Source of the DNA: a virus | Lineage: Duplodnaviria; Caudoviricetes | Strand: one strand, 5' to 3' | Virus record (IMG/VR): IMGVR_UViG_3300045970_000131 | Span: 1 to 57,393 of that record | Length of the DNA: 57,393 nt | In this document: positions 44,560-53,505 of the stretch, piece by piece | Layout of the letters: every line of letters starts with the position of its first letter | How positions within the stretch are numbered: position 1 is the first letter of the stretch | The notes under the pieces: model-generated | Databases searched by the model: none | What the model was told of the DNA's origin: nothing | Seen by the model: only the letters and a program-made list of their open reading frames with translations | Made by a program: the position numbers and the translations under genes

Positions 44560-44943
44560 ATGAGATTTTCTACTGATATTGGTTGTTTTGAAATAGATAG
44601 TATGCCGAGTCAATGCCAGGTAGCAATTGCTCACGGATTCTTTATACATGAGCATAAACGCGGTCAAGGATTAGCTAGTGTATTGCACGCAAGGCAAATA
44701 AAAGAGCTTCGTAACCTTGGATATGACTATGCAATTTGCACGGTAAGTGGTGACAACCCAGCACAGTCAAAGGCAATTAAAAATGCTGGATGGACGCTAA
44801 CTAACACTTTTTACAATCGCAGAATAAGCAAGCAGACAGAAGTTTGGGAGCTGAATATTGTCGCTCTAAACAGAAGAGAGTCAGACAGTACATTATTTGG
44901 TGTATTCCCATCACCGCTTACTGAATATCTGGAAACAGCGTAA
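44560..44943 (+). CDS. GNAT acetyltransferase, first early gene
   Basis: Motif A FFIHEHKRGQGLA; N.A...IKNAGW. Confidence 0.75.
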   Translation: MRFSTDIGCFEIDSMPSQCQVAIAHGFFIHEHKRGQGLASVLHARQIKELRNLGYDYAICTVSGDNPAQSKAIKNAGWTLTNTFYNRRISKQTEVWELNIVALNRRESDSTLFGVFPSPLTEYLETA

Positions 44944-45176
44944 TGGCTTGGGCAGAACTTTATACCACTAAAGAGCGCATCGCGATGATTCAGGAAGAGA
45001 TACGCGGTGTTAAGTCTCAATACAACATTACATCGTTTGAGTTGAAGGTAATGGAATCAATGAAGAATTTAAGCGTTGGCTCATTTAAGCAAAACAAAAT
45101 TCTTGAACAAATTGAAATTAAAGTTTTTGGCCGCAGTCGGGCGCATGAAGAAAAGTCTCTATCACTTAAATCATGA
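44943..45176 (+). CDS. Hypothetical protein
   Basis: TAATG-coupled. Confidence 0.6.
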   Translation: MAWAELYTTKERIAMIQEEIRGVKSQYNITSFELKVMESMKNLSVGSFKQNKILEQIEIKVFGRSRAHEEKSLSLKS

Positions 45177-45376
45177 AAGGAAATTGTATGAACCTTCAAG
45201 AAGTGGCAACACATCAGACAACAGATTACGAAGTGGCAATTTACGATAAATGGATCGCTGGCATAAAGCAAATGGTAGAGCGCGAAACAGCCGAAGAAAT
45301 GAAACAAAGATTGCGCCAAGAAATGCGAAAAGATTTTTACTGTGCAGTAATTACAACGTGGTTTAGAAAGGTTTGA
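45173..45376 (+). CDS. Hypothetical protein
   Basis: Coupled ORF; AGGA SD before the second Met. Confidence 0.55.
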   Translation: MKGNCMNLQEVATHQTTDYEVAIYDKWIAGIKQMVERETAEEMKQRLRQEMRKDFYCAVITTWFRKV

Positions 45377-45377
45377 T

Positions 45378-46418
45378 ATGAATACAGCATTACAGACATC
45401 ACAGGACTTTAGCGGTAGTAGTCAGACAAATGCGGTCACTGAAACTGCATCAACGGCAATAGCTGCGCAATCAAAAGCAATGGTTGAAAGTCGTTACATC
45501 ATGGCGATGCGCAATCCGCGCAATTGGGATGGTGTGCGTCAAGAGCTATTAAAAGAGTGCCGCCGCCCTACTTTTGCCAACAATCAATCTGCTTACTATG
45601 TTAAGCCAATTGGTAAAGGCGTTGAAGGCTTGGGCATTCGCTTTGTAGAGGTTGCTTTACGTTGCATGAAAAACGTATTAGTTGAAACAACCATGATTTT
45701 TGAAGATACCGAAAAAGAAGTTCACCGCGTATCGGTCACTGATCTTGAAGCCAATATTACTTATCCACTTGATGTACGTGTATCTAAAACAGTAGAGCGC
45801 AGCAAGCCAAATAGTGATGGCTCTTACATAAGCGTGCGTAAAAACAGCTACGGTAAAGAAACATTCACCGTGCTAGGCACAGATGACGATCTACTTAATA
45901 AGCGTGGCGCTCTTATTTCTAAAGCTATTCGTACTATTGGGCTACGAATCATACCAGGTGACTTGTGTGATGAAGCCGAAGAAATCATTAAGCGCATTCG
46001 CTTAGACGATGCAGCAAAAGACCCTGATGCAGAGCGCCGCAAGATTGTTGATGCTTTTTCAGCTATTGGCGTTTCAGCAACAGACTTGGTTTCATATTTA
46101 GGTCATGACCTAGCCAAATGTTCACCAGCACAGATTGTTGAGCTACGTGGAATATATGGCGCTGTTAAAGATGGCGAAGCAACTTGGCAATCTGTAATGG
46201 ATAACAAAGCTGAGCAAGGTTCGTCCACCATAGGAAAGAAAAAAGCTGAACTTCCAAACTGCACCGCAGAGAGCTTCGACAAGCAAAAAGTCGGCTGGAT
46301 GAAGGTGATCGAGTCGAAGAAAAAAACTCCAAATGAGTTAATTGCAACAATCGAAACCATAGAAATTTTATCAACTGAACAGAAGCTTGAAATTGCTTCT
46401 TGGCTACCACAGGAATAA
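45378..46418 (+). CDS. Putative recombination (ssDNA-annealing) partner of the YqaJ exonuclease
   Basis: Adjacent to exonuclease; SKAIR..GLRIIPGD motif; family not firmly recognised. Confidence 0.55.
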   Translation: MNTALQTSQDFSGSSQTNAVTETASTAIAAQSKAMVESRYIMAMRNPRNWDGVRQELLKECRRPTFANNQSAYYVKPIGKGVEGLGIRFVEVALRCMKNVLVETTMIFEDTEKEVHRVSVTDLEANITYPLDVRVSKTVERSKPNSDGSYISVRKNSYGKETFTVLGTDDDLLNKRGALISKAIRTIGLRIIPGDLCDEAEEIIKRIRLDDAAKDPDAERRKIVDAFSAIGVSATDLVSYLGHDLAKCSPAQIVELRGIYGAVKDGEATWQSVMDNKAEQGSSTIGKKKAELPNCTAESFDKQKVGWMKVIESKKKTPNELIATIETIEILSTEQKLEIASWLPQE

Positions 46419-46420
46419 TC

Positions 46421-48010
46421 ATGCAAACCTTACACTTGGTTCAAGGAAGTCAGGATTGGTTGGCTCACAGAAGCCAAACCCACATTAAAAATGCATCTGA
46501 TGCGCCTTCTATGATGGGGGTATCACCTTACGAAACACGCGATGAATTGCTTTATCGTAAAGCAACTGGCATCACTAAAACGGTTAGCCCGTCCGTACAA
46601 AAGCGATTTGATGATGGTCATCGTTATGAAGACTTGGCAAGGCCGATTGCTGCCGAAATAGTCGGTTTAGCGCTCTACCCTGTCACTGGTGTGTCTGGCG
46701 ATTATTCTGCCAGTTTTGACGGCCTAACCATGATGGAAGATGAAGGGTTTGAGCATAAAAGCTTAAATGATGAACTTCGATCAATCATGGTTGGCGATTT
46801 CACTGGTGCCGATTTGCCTATCTACCATCGCATTCAAATGGAACAGCAGTTAATGGTTTCAGAAGGCACAAGAATATTATTCATGGCCTCAAAGTGGGAT
46901 GAGAAAGACGAATTGTTAGAAGAGCGTCATTGCTGGTACTACCCTGACTCAAACCTACGCCAAGACATCGTTAACGGCTGGGTGCAGCTTGATTTTGAAC
47001 TTGCCAACTATACGCCACCAGAAGTTAAAGAAATGCCAAAGGCTGAGGTATCAATTGATTTGCCTGCCCTTTTCATTCACGCCCACGGTGAAATCACTAA
47101 TAGCAACATGGAAGCCTACGGCATAGCGCTGGCAAAGCGCCTTGAAGAAGTCCGTGCAATTGTCCTGCAGGATGATCAAGACTTTGTAAATGCAAAAGAA
47201 GCCGCAAAGAAATTACGTGATGGTATCAAATCAGCCCAGCTAGCCAAAGAAGCCATGCTTGCGCAAACCGTGACTGTCGGTGAAGCCTCTCTATTAATTG
47301 ATGCTTGGTGTGAAGATATGCGCTTGACTGCGCTTCAGCTTGAAAAAGACGTTGAGCGCGAAGATGCCAAGAAGAAACAAACCATGATTCTTGCTGGTAA
47401 ATCAAAAATTACTGAGCTTTTAGCTGAGTTAAAAGCAGTCATCGCACCAATTAACCTAATCTATAAAGAACCCAATTTTTCATTAGCAATTAAAAACAAA
47501 CGTAACTATCCAAGCATGGAAAGTGCTGTTAATGACATGGTTGCTGCAACATCAGTAGAGATAAGAAGCATTACCAATGATGTAAAAGGCAAAATGAATT
47601 GGTTTGAGTCTACGATAGGCGATATTAAGCATCCCCTATTCCCTGATTTGCAATCTGTGATTTATAAGCCTACTGATGATTTCCAATTGCTTGTAAATGC
47701 TCGCATAGAAGAGCAGAAAAAGCGCGATGCAGACATTGCATCAGAAGCAGCGAAAAAGGCAATTTCAGCAGCGCAGGAAGTAGCAGCACAAGAGTCGGTT
47801 AAAGAAGTTATACAGGAGCCAGCAGCTGCAAGCGTTACAGAGGTTAAGCCTGTTTCAACTTATATAAAACAAGCAGCCGTTATCGATAACCAAGATGACA
47901 TTGCACGATTCTTAAAGTCACGCGGATTAAGCGATTCAAAATATAACGAGTACCGCGCAGTTTTAGTTGAGTTTGTGAAGTTTACAGCTAAAGAAGAAAT
48001 GGCAGCCTGA
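46421..48010 (+). CDS. YqaJ / lambda-exo-like exonuclease with coiled-coil tail
   Basis: QGSQDWLAHR, ASDAP, G...E..AR, ASFDG, EHK, Q...QL; AGGA SD. Confidence 0.88.
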   Translation: MQTLHLVQGSQDWLAHRSQTHIKNASDAPSMMGVSPYETRDELLYRKATGITKTVSPSVQKRFDDGHRYEDLARPIAAEIVGLALYPVTGVSGDYSASFDGLTMMEDEGFEHKSLNDELRSIMVGDFTGADLPIYHRIQMEQQLMVSEGTRILFMASKWDEKDELLEERHCWYYPDSNLRQDIVNGWVQLDFELANYTPPEVKEMPKAEVSIDLPALFIHAHGEITNSNMEAYGIALAKRLEEVRAIVLQDDQDFVNAKEAAKKLRDGIKSAQLAKEAMLAQTVTVGEASLLIDAWCEDMRLTALQLEKDVEREDAKKKQTMILAGKSKITELLAELKAVIAPINLIYKEPNFSLAIKNKRNYPSMESAVNDMVAATSVEIRSITNDVKGKMNWFESTIGDIKHPLFPDLQSVIYKPTDDFQLLVNARIEEQKKRDADIASEAAKKAISAAQEVAAQESVKEVIQEPAAASVTEVKPVSTYIKQAAVIDNQDDIARFLKSRGLSDSKYNEYRAVLVEFVKFTAKEEMAA

Positions 48011-48012
48011 TC

Positions 48013-48270
48013 ATGAAAATTACACTTCATCCAATTAAAAGTAGCCAAATCTCACAGGTTGGGTATGACGCAGCAACTAACACCATGGCTGTGAAGTTCA
48101 ATAGCGGCGGAAAGGTCTACCACTATGCAGGAGTGCCAAAAACAGTTTATGACGGTTTTAGCGATAACGGATCAGCAGGCAAGTTTTTCGCGGGAAATGT
48201 TCGCAATAAGTTTAAGCATACCCTGCATGACTATGAGGATAAACACCATGGAAAAGCAGAAACGGCCTAA
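48013..48270 (+). CDS. KTSC-domain protein
   Basis: SSQI..VGYD...V.F..G..YHY.GVP..VY...S.G.FF. Confidence 0.85.
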   Translation: MKITLHPIKSSQISQVGYDAATNTMAVKFNSGGKVYHYAGVPKTVYDGFSDNGSAGKFFAGNVRNKFKHTLHDYEDKHHGKAETA

Positions 48271-48346
48271 AGGATCAGGCAGGCGCGCTAGGCAAGAAGG
48301 TGCTAAGCGCAAGCGTGAGCCAGTACGTGAGCCAGCAGACTGGTAG
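48248..48346 (+). CDS. Small Arg/Lys-rich peptide (32 aa)
   Basis: GAGGA SD; MEKQKRPKGSGRRARQEGAKRKREPVREPADW. Confidence 0.4.
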   Translation: MEKQKRPKGSGRRARQEGAKRKREPVREPADW

Positions 48347-48390
48347 CAAATAGCAGTGACAAATTTTAACCAACAAACAGGAGTAGCAAA

Positions 48391-48747
48391 ATGAATAACG
48401 TACCAAGCCATAACGCACGCCCTTTCTTTGATGTCGCCCGTGAAATTCGCCGTGGTGCATTCTTGGATGAGGCTACAGATGCAATGCAAAGCTTAGTTGC
48501 ATCAGTCGAGGAAACTGGTAAAGCTGGAAAGCTTGTCATTGAAATTGCAGTAGCACCAGCTAGTAAAGGTCAAGGCGCTGTGAAAGTAGCAGACAAGATC
48601 ACCATGAAATTACCTGCATTACCCGCAGGCGAAACAATCATGTTTGTGAATAAGGATAATAACTTAGTGGCCAACGATCCGCGCCAAGCAACATTTGACC
48701 TCAAGGCAGTAGCAATTCCAGACACAGAGTTAAAACACGCTATCTAA
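48391..48747 (+). CDS. Partner of DUF2303 (YfdP-like)
   Basis: V.ETGKAGKL.I...F....NL...DPRQ motif; AGGAG SD. Confidence 0.7.
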   Translation: MNNVPSHNARPFFDVAREIRRGAFLDEATDAMQSLVASVEETGKAGKLVIEIAVAPASKGQGAVKVADKITMKLPALPAGETIMFVNKDNNLVANDPRQATFDLKAVAIPDTELKHAI

Positions 48748-48788
48748 TCGGCCAACTTTAACCATTAACTAATCAGATCGGAAAAAAC

Positions 48789-49631
48789 ATGAGTGAAATT
48801 ACAGAAGCACAAGCGGTGGCTGAATTAGTGCATACACCATTTAGCGATGAAATAAATGGTGTTCCAGTAGTTTATGTGCCAACTGGGCACGGTAATTGGA
48901 CTGCAACATTTAAAGAAGATTTACTTTCTGCACCATTACGCAAAAAAGGCTCAATCAATATTCATGAAGTTGATAGCTTCATTGAGTTTGTCAAAAAACA
49001 AGGCTCATTGACTAATAGCAATATTTACCTTGATGTTAATTATGCCAAACAACGCATATTAGCTACGGCAATTTTTAATGATCATTCAGATGATTCACAA
49101 GCTGGATGGCGCGATCACCGCGCTGTATTTACACCTCGTATTAGTGAAGAGTGGATTCGCTGGAGAGATAAAAATAAAACACCAATGACACAGGAAGAGG
49201 TCGCATTTTTCTTTCAAGACAATATTGGTGACATTAATAATGGTGGTGATAACAAGCTGCCAACAGGTTCCGATGTTCTCACTTTTGTTTCTAAGCTTGA
49301 AGAAACTCGCACAGTAACATTCGGCAGCGGTGTAAATCTTCAAAACGGGGCAGTTCAATTGCAATACACCGAAGAAGGTGACAGCCATACCAAGGGAAAC
49401 CTAGAGCTATTCAAAGAGTTTGGTTTAGGTCTACGTCCATTTTTTGGCGGTGATACATATGCTGTTAAAGCATTTTTACGCTACAGAATTGATCGCAACA
49501 ATAGAAATATTAAATTCTGGTATGAATTACAACGTCCTGACTTAGTGCTTGAAACCGCAAGTAACGCGTTAATCAGCAAGATTAAAAGCGATACAGGCTT
49601 ACCAATTATTTTCGGTGAAGCTGGGCAGTAA
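48789..49631 (+). CDS. DUF2303 (YfdQ-like) protein
   Basis: AIFNDH...GWRDHRA, S.EW..W, PF.GG..Y...A.LRYR. Confidence 0.8.
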   Translation: MSEITEAQAVAELVHTPFSDEINGVPVVYVPTGHGNWTATFKEDLLSAPLRKKGSINIHEVDSFIEFVKKQGSLTNSNIYLDVNYAKQRILATAIFNDHSDDSQAGWRDHRAVFTPRISEEWIRWRDKNKTPMTQEEVAFFFQDNIGDINNGGDNKLPTGSDVLTFVSKLEETRTVTFGSGVNLQNGAVQLQYTEEGDSHTKGNLELFKEFGLGLRPFFGGDTYAVKAFLRYRIDRNNRNIKFWYELQRPDLVLETASNALISKIKSDTGLPIIFGEAGQ

Positions 49632-49632
49632 T

Positions 49633-49735
49633 TTTAGGCAACAAATTAGGCGAAATAGTTACCTGAAATTGCCTGAAATTAAAAACCCATATAAATCATG
49701 TCTTTATTTAGGCAGTTTCAGGCAGTTTTAGGCAA
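49633..49735. repeat. Intergenic array of TTYAGGCA-like boxes, direct and inverted
   Basis: About 7 boxes, several spaced 10 bp apart, around an IHF-like AATCATGTCTTTA. Confidence 0.7.
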
Positions 49736-49754
49736 CTTTCAATAGGAGTATCGC

Positions 49755-50270
49755 ATGCAAATGCTTATGTATATCGGCACAAAGGTAGTAAATGCAATGC
49801 CAATGACACGCTTGGAATATAACAATTTCCGTAACTGGATATTACCAGCAGATGAAGACGGAAGTGATCGCGGCTATTTAGTTGAGTACGTTGATGGCGG
49901 CAAGCCGAACACAGAGGCGTATTCGGGTTATGTTTCATGGTCGCCAGTAGAGTCATTTAACAAGGCATATAGACCATTAACGGCCCTTACATTTGGCCAA
50001 GCATTAGAGGCGTTGAAAATGGGCAGCAAGATCGCACGGGCTGGCTGGAATGGTAAAGATATGTGGCTATCACTCTCATGCAATGGTACCCGTGAAGTCT
50101 ATGCAGATCAATTCTGGTCGCCACACAATGAAAAGTTTGCAGAAGGTAACGGCGGCACAGCAACCGTATTGCCATGCATCACGATGAAAACGGCAGACAA
50201 CAAAATACTTATGGGCTGGCTGGCTTCTCAGACTGACTTACTAAGTGATGATTGGTGCATCGTAGTTTAA
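49755..50270 (+). CDS. DUF2829 / Tad2-like anti-defence protein with N-terminal extra domain
   Basis: FGQALEALK.G.KIARAGWNGKDMW...GWLASQTDLLSDDW. Confidence 0.85.
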   Translation: MQMLMYIGTKVVNAMPMTRLEYNNFRNWILPADEDGSDRGYLVEYVDGGKPNTEAYSGYVSWSPVESFNKAYRPLTALTFGQALEALKMGSKIARAGWNGKDMWLSLSCNGTREVYADQFWSPHNEKFAEGNGGTATVLPCITMKTADNKILMGWLASQTDLLSDDWCIVV

Positions 50271-50298
50271 CCAGGCTATTTAACAAGGAACTTTAAAA

Positions 50299-50628
50299 AT
50301 GAATGATCAGGAAATTGAGCAAAAAATTCAAGACAAGGGCTTAACTGCGCCGCGTTTAACACCTTCCGATATTGATTCGGTAGTGCATACAGCACGCTAT
50401 TGGCAGCCAGAAGGTACAACACTCACAGTTTGCGCATTGCAGCTGCGCAATGGAATGCAAGTTGTAGGTGAAAGTGCATGTGTAAGCCATGAAAACTTTG
50501 ATGCAGAGCTTGGCCGTGAAATAGCATCAAAAAATGCTTGGGATAAGATTTGGGCGCTTGAAGGTTACTTGCTGCGTGATCGCTTGCAAAATCAAGTTGG
50601 CCAAACATCAGCATCAATAGGGGCATGA
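50299..50628 (+). CDS. Phage Gp49/Sf6 gp66-family protein (Acb4-like sponge candidate)
   Basis: APRLTP..I, LTVC...L.NG..V.GESACVS.ENFDAELG..IA..NA..KIW.LEGYLL. Confidence 0.85.
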   Translation: MNDQEIEQKIQDKGLTAPRLTPSDIDSVVHTARYWQPEGTTLTVCALQLRNGMQVVGESACVSHENFDAELGREIASKNAWDKIWALEGYLLRDRLQNQVGQTSASIGA

Positions 50629-50629
50629 T

Positions 50630-50821
50630 ATGAAGGCAAAAGATGAATATTTAGGCTGGTGGTTTATCGGGTTATTCTGGACATTTCTTATTTTGCTAAT
50701 CGTTGGCTGGGTGCTAAACATCATTGCAATATTTCATGCTCATGAAATGACTGGAACGCTAGTAGCAAGGGTGATCGGCACTGTTATAGCACCACTTGGC
50801 AGCGTGCTTGGGTATTTTTAA
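50630..50821 (+). CDS. Small membrane protein
   Basis: GWVLNI...RVIG...APLGSVLGYF. Confidence 0.65.
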   Translation: MKAKDEYLGWWFIGLFWTFLILLIVGWVLNIIAIFHAHEMTGTLVARVIGTVIAPLGSVLGYF

Positions 50822-50826
50822 CTTTG

Positions 50827-50950
50827 GCCCTTCGCAAGAGGGGTTAAAAGTGTGATGACTGTGAATGGGAGCTAACAATAAAACTAGCAAGTAGCTTGTG
50901 GGGCTAGACCGCACGGAACGCTAGAAAGTAAGCAGTCATCACACTTTTAA
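50827..50950 (+). ncRNA. Candidate structured RNA
   Basis: GNRA hairpin, then a perfect 18-bp stem (50844-50861 / 50933-50950) enclosing two sub-hairpins. Confidence 0.5.
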
Positions 50951-50968
50951 GATTTATGGAGAGAAATA

Positions 50969-51226
50969 ATGTCAACTATCAAAATTACACCTGATCACAT
51001 TGGAAAAATAATAGCTGATCGCCTGAAGGTAGAAATTACAAAAGCGATTAGAACAGAAGTAAAAAAGTTATTTGAAGTTGAAATTGAGAGAGTCGTAACT
51101 GAATATGCAAATCAAGTAATAGCACATGCAGAGTCTTATAGTTTTTACGGAGATAACAAAATAATTTTAAAAATTGATGTTGTGCAGCTTCCACTACCTA
51201 TTAAGTTTGAAAGTGAGAGTGTATGA
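50969..51226 (+). CDS. Hypothetical protein
   Basis: GGAG SD, operon orientation. Confidence 0.6.
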   Translation: MSTIKITPDHIGKIIADRLKVEITKAIRTEVKKLFEVEIERVVTEYANQVIAHAESYSFYGDNKIILKIDVVQLPLPIKFESESV

Positions 51227-51570
51227 GCATATTAGACAAATTGAAGGAATTTAAGTGGCATGAGCAAAGACCATTACGCAATAGACTTTATGCCCTAGAA
51301 TTAAATGAAAGCTCTATGGCCACCCCTGGTGATGGAAAGTCTTTTGGTACTAGCAGAAGGTACACATTAAGTTTAACAGTATGGTCTGAGTTTTATGCTA
51401 ACTCTGCCCAATATGCAATTGCTAGAAAGCATTCAGAGCGAGTGTTGCTAGGTACATTATATGGCGAAATACTATCTAAGGTTGATGGGTGTGCTAGCGC
51501 TATTGCAAGTGGTGACGATCAGCCAGCATTTTCACTATTAAACGAGATCAGAACCGAATTAACCCAATAG
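51223..51570 (+). CDS. Hypothetical protein
   Basis: ATGA-coupled. Confidence 0.6.
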   Translation: MSILDKLKEFKWHEQRPLRNRLYALELNESSMATPGDGKSFGTSRRYTLSLTVWSEFYANSAQYAIARKHSERVLLGTLYGEILSKVDGCASAIASGDDQPAFSLLNEIRTELTQ

Positions 51571-51581
51571 AAAGTGAGCGA

Positions 51582-51797
51582 GTGATGCGCGTTTTAACTG
51601 TAAGTTGGGATGAAATGGCAGATGATACAAAAATTACTATTGCTGATGAATTTAATAAAAGTGACAGAATAGTTAAATTAGATGTACTTCGAGATATTTC
51701 AAGTATGACACTTTGGATTTATGAGGATTTATTAAAAAGGGGGTTTGATGGCAGCCAAGTATTAGACAAAATACATTGCGGAAACGACAAAATATAA
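51582..51797 (+). CDS. Hypothetical protein
   Basis: In operon. Confidence 0.5.
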   Translation: MMRVLTVSWDEMADDTKITIADEFNKSDRIVKLDVLRDISSMTLWIYEDLLKRGFDGSQVLDKIHCGNDKI

Positions 51798-51813
51798 ATA
51801 CGGAGTAAATAGA

Positions 51814-52020
51814 ATGAAATGGGTAACAGTAAAAAAACATGCAGCTGATACTGGGTATAGTGAAGATGCGCTGCGCCAAAAAATAAGGCGCGGGATTTTC
51901 ATTGAGGGCGTACACTATCGTCACTCACCAGATGGCAGAATTCAAATTAACGTGGAGGCATACAACGCATGGGTGGAAGGCAAACGACTGGAATTACATC
52001 AAGAAGCGAAGGCAGCATAA
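51814..52020 (+). CDS. xis: Excisionase
   Basis: wHTH WVTVKK.A..TGYSEDA.R.KI..G...EG.HY..SPDGRI; overlaps the int start. Confidence 0.85.
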   Translation: MKWVTVKKHAADTGYSEDALRQKIRRGIFIEGVHYRHSPDGRIQINVEAYNAWVEGKRLELHQEAKAA

Positions 52021-53129
52021 CAATTCAGTTTATGTGGAAAGGCATTAATTGCCGTGAAACAATTAAGCTTGAACCGACAAAAGCTAATCTACAGTACGCC
52101 TTTAGGTTACGTGCAGAAATACTCAGAAAAATTGAATTAGGTAATTTTGACTATGCTGAGTATTTCCCAAACTCTAAGCGTGCGGGAATAGAAAAGCGGA
52201 AAGCACCACTCTTTAAAGATTTAGCCGAAGATTGGCTGGCCGTTAAAAAGTCAGAACTTGCTTGGTCTAGTTACATCACTTATAAAAAGCATCTAAATCA
52301 TCACTGGTTGCCTGTATTTGGTGAAAAGCGTATCAATTCAATTGTACTTAGTGATATTACAAGTCACTTGGCTAAGATCGATGCATCAGCTAAAACAAAA
52401 AATAATATTCTTATTCCAATGCGTAGCGTGCTTGAAGTTGCATTTTATGACGGAACAATTAATACCAATCCAGCAGATCGTATAAAAAACATGAAGGCTC
52501 AAAAACCAGAGCCTGATCCGTTTACATTAGATGAAGCTAATCTAATCCTTGACCGCATGCGTAAAAACTACCATGAGCAAGTTGTAAATTATTTTGAATT
52601 TGCTTTCTTTACCGGACTGAGAACGTCTGAATTGATCGAACTGCAATGGGGTGATGTAGAAGAAACCAACATTACTGTGCGCCGCGCTCGCGTTGAGGGC
52701 AGAGTGAAAGCAACTAAGACCTATACTATTCGCCAGGTGTCACTCAATGAACGTGCCAAAGCTGCCATACTTAGGCAAATGAAACACACTAAGATGAAAG
52801 GTAAGTATGTATTCAATAACCCAGTAACAGACTTGCCATGGAATGATCAGCGCGCACAAAGCAAATTGTATTGGCTTCCGACTCTTACTGCATTGAAATT
52901 AAGGGAGCGTGTGCCATATCAATGCCGCCATACATTTGCAACGATGATGTTAATGGCTGGGGCAAATCCTATGTGGGTATCAAAACAGATGGGCCACGTG
53001 AATATGAAAATGTTGCTTGAAGTTTATTCACGTTGGATAGATTTAGCAGATAAGTCAAAAGAGGTTGACAAGGTAAATTCTGCACTATTTAGCACAAACT
53101 CAGCACAAGTTAAAATTGATAATTTGTAA
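51969..53129 (+). CDS. int: Tyrosine integrase with arm-binding domain
   Basis: TGLRTSE, TKT, YQCRHTFAT, QMGH, VY catalytic motifs; FDYAEYFPNS arm domain. Confidence 0.95.
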   Translation: MGGRQTTGITSRSEGSITIQFMWKGINCRETIKLEPTKANLQYAFRLRAEILRKIELGNFDYAEYFPNSKRAGIEKRKAPLFKDLAEDWLAVKKSELAWSSYITYKKHLNHHWLPVFGEKRINSIVLSDITSHLAKIDASAKTKNNILIPMRSVLEVAFYDGTINTNPADRIKNMKAQKPEPDPFTLDEANLILDRMRKNYHEQVVNYFEFAFFTGLRTSELIELQWGDVEETNITVRRARVEGRVKATKTYTIRQVSLNERAKAAILRQMKHTKMKGKYVFNNPVTDLPWNDQRAQSKLYWLPTLTALKLRERVPYQCRHTFATMMLMAGANPMWVSKQMGHVNMKMLLEVYSRWIDLADKSKEVDKVNSALFSTNSAQVKIDNL

Positions 53130-53305
53130 CTTGTTGAATTTGTTTAAGAAACTTGGCGGAAGAGGTGAGATTCGAACTCACTCAAGCCATAAATCATGAT
53201 ATAACATAGTGTGACATTTCAAAAGCTTACGTTACATCATGCAACATGGTATGACATATAATTAGCGCAAATTTAGCACAAATCTAGCACAAGGGTTTTG
53301 TGCTA
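53077..53305. mobile_element. attP site; core 53154-53181 equals a tRNA-Ser 3' end
   Basis: Reverse complement of the core GTGAGTTCGAATCTCACCTCTTCCGCCA; AGCACAA-type arm repeats on both sides; phased ACAT boxes. Confidence 0.85.
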
Positions 53306-53355
53306 TCCCTATTCTCTCCCCTGCACTCTCATCACATTTCAGATATGATGAAACC

Positions 53356-53505
53356 ATGAGAAAAAGATTTAAGATTGATCTTGAATATATCGGTGGATGG
53401 ATTATAGCGATTTCTGTAGTTGCTGGCGCAACTGGCGCAATTATAGAGCTGATACGGTATGGTGCTATTACCGTATCAGGCTCCATTGGTGCAGCTGGCT
53501 ATTGA
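53356..53505 (+). CDS. Small membrane protein, 49 aa (not in the track)
   Basis: MRKRFKIDLEYIGGWIIAISVVAGATGAIIELIRYG...; TATGAT 6 nt upstream suggests a leaderless start. Confidence 0.4.
   Translation: MRKRFKIDLEYIGGWIIAISVVAGATGAIIELIRYGAITVSGSIGAAGY

Noticed and set aside
49633-49735. CRISPR-like array
   Set aside because: Repeats are only 8-10 bp, in mixed orientation, with no spacers and no cas genes
53154-53181. tRNA gene
   Set aside because: Only the T-arm and 3' acceptor strand are present; it is the att core
53262-53486. 74-aa minus ORF
   Set aside because: Runs into attP arm repeats; the opposite-strand 49-aa membrane ORF is more plausible
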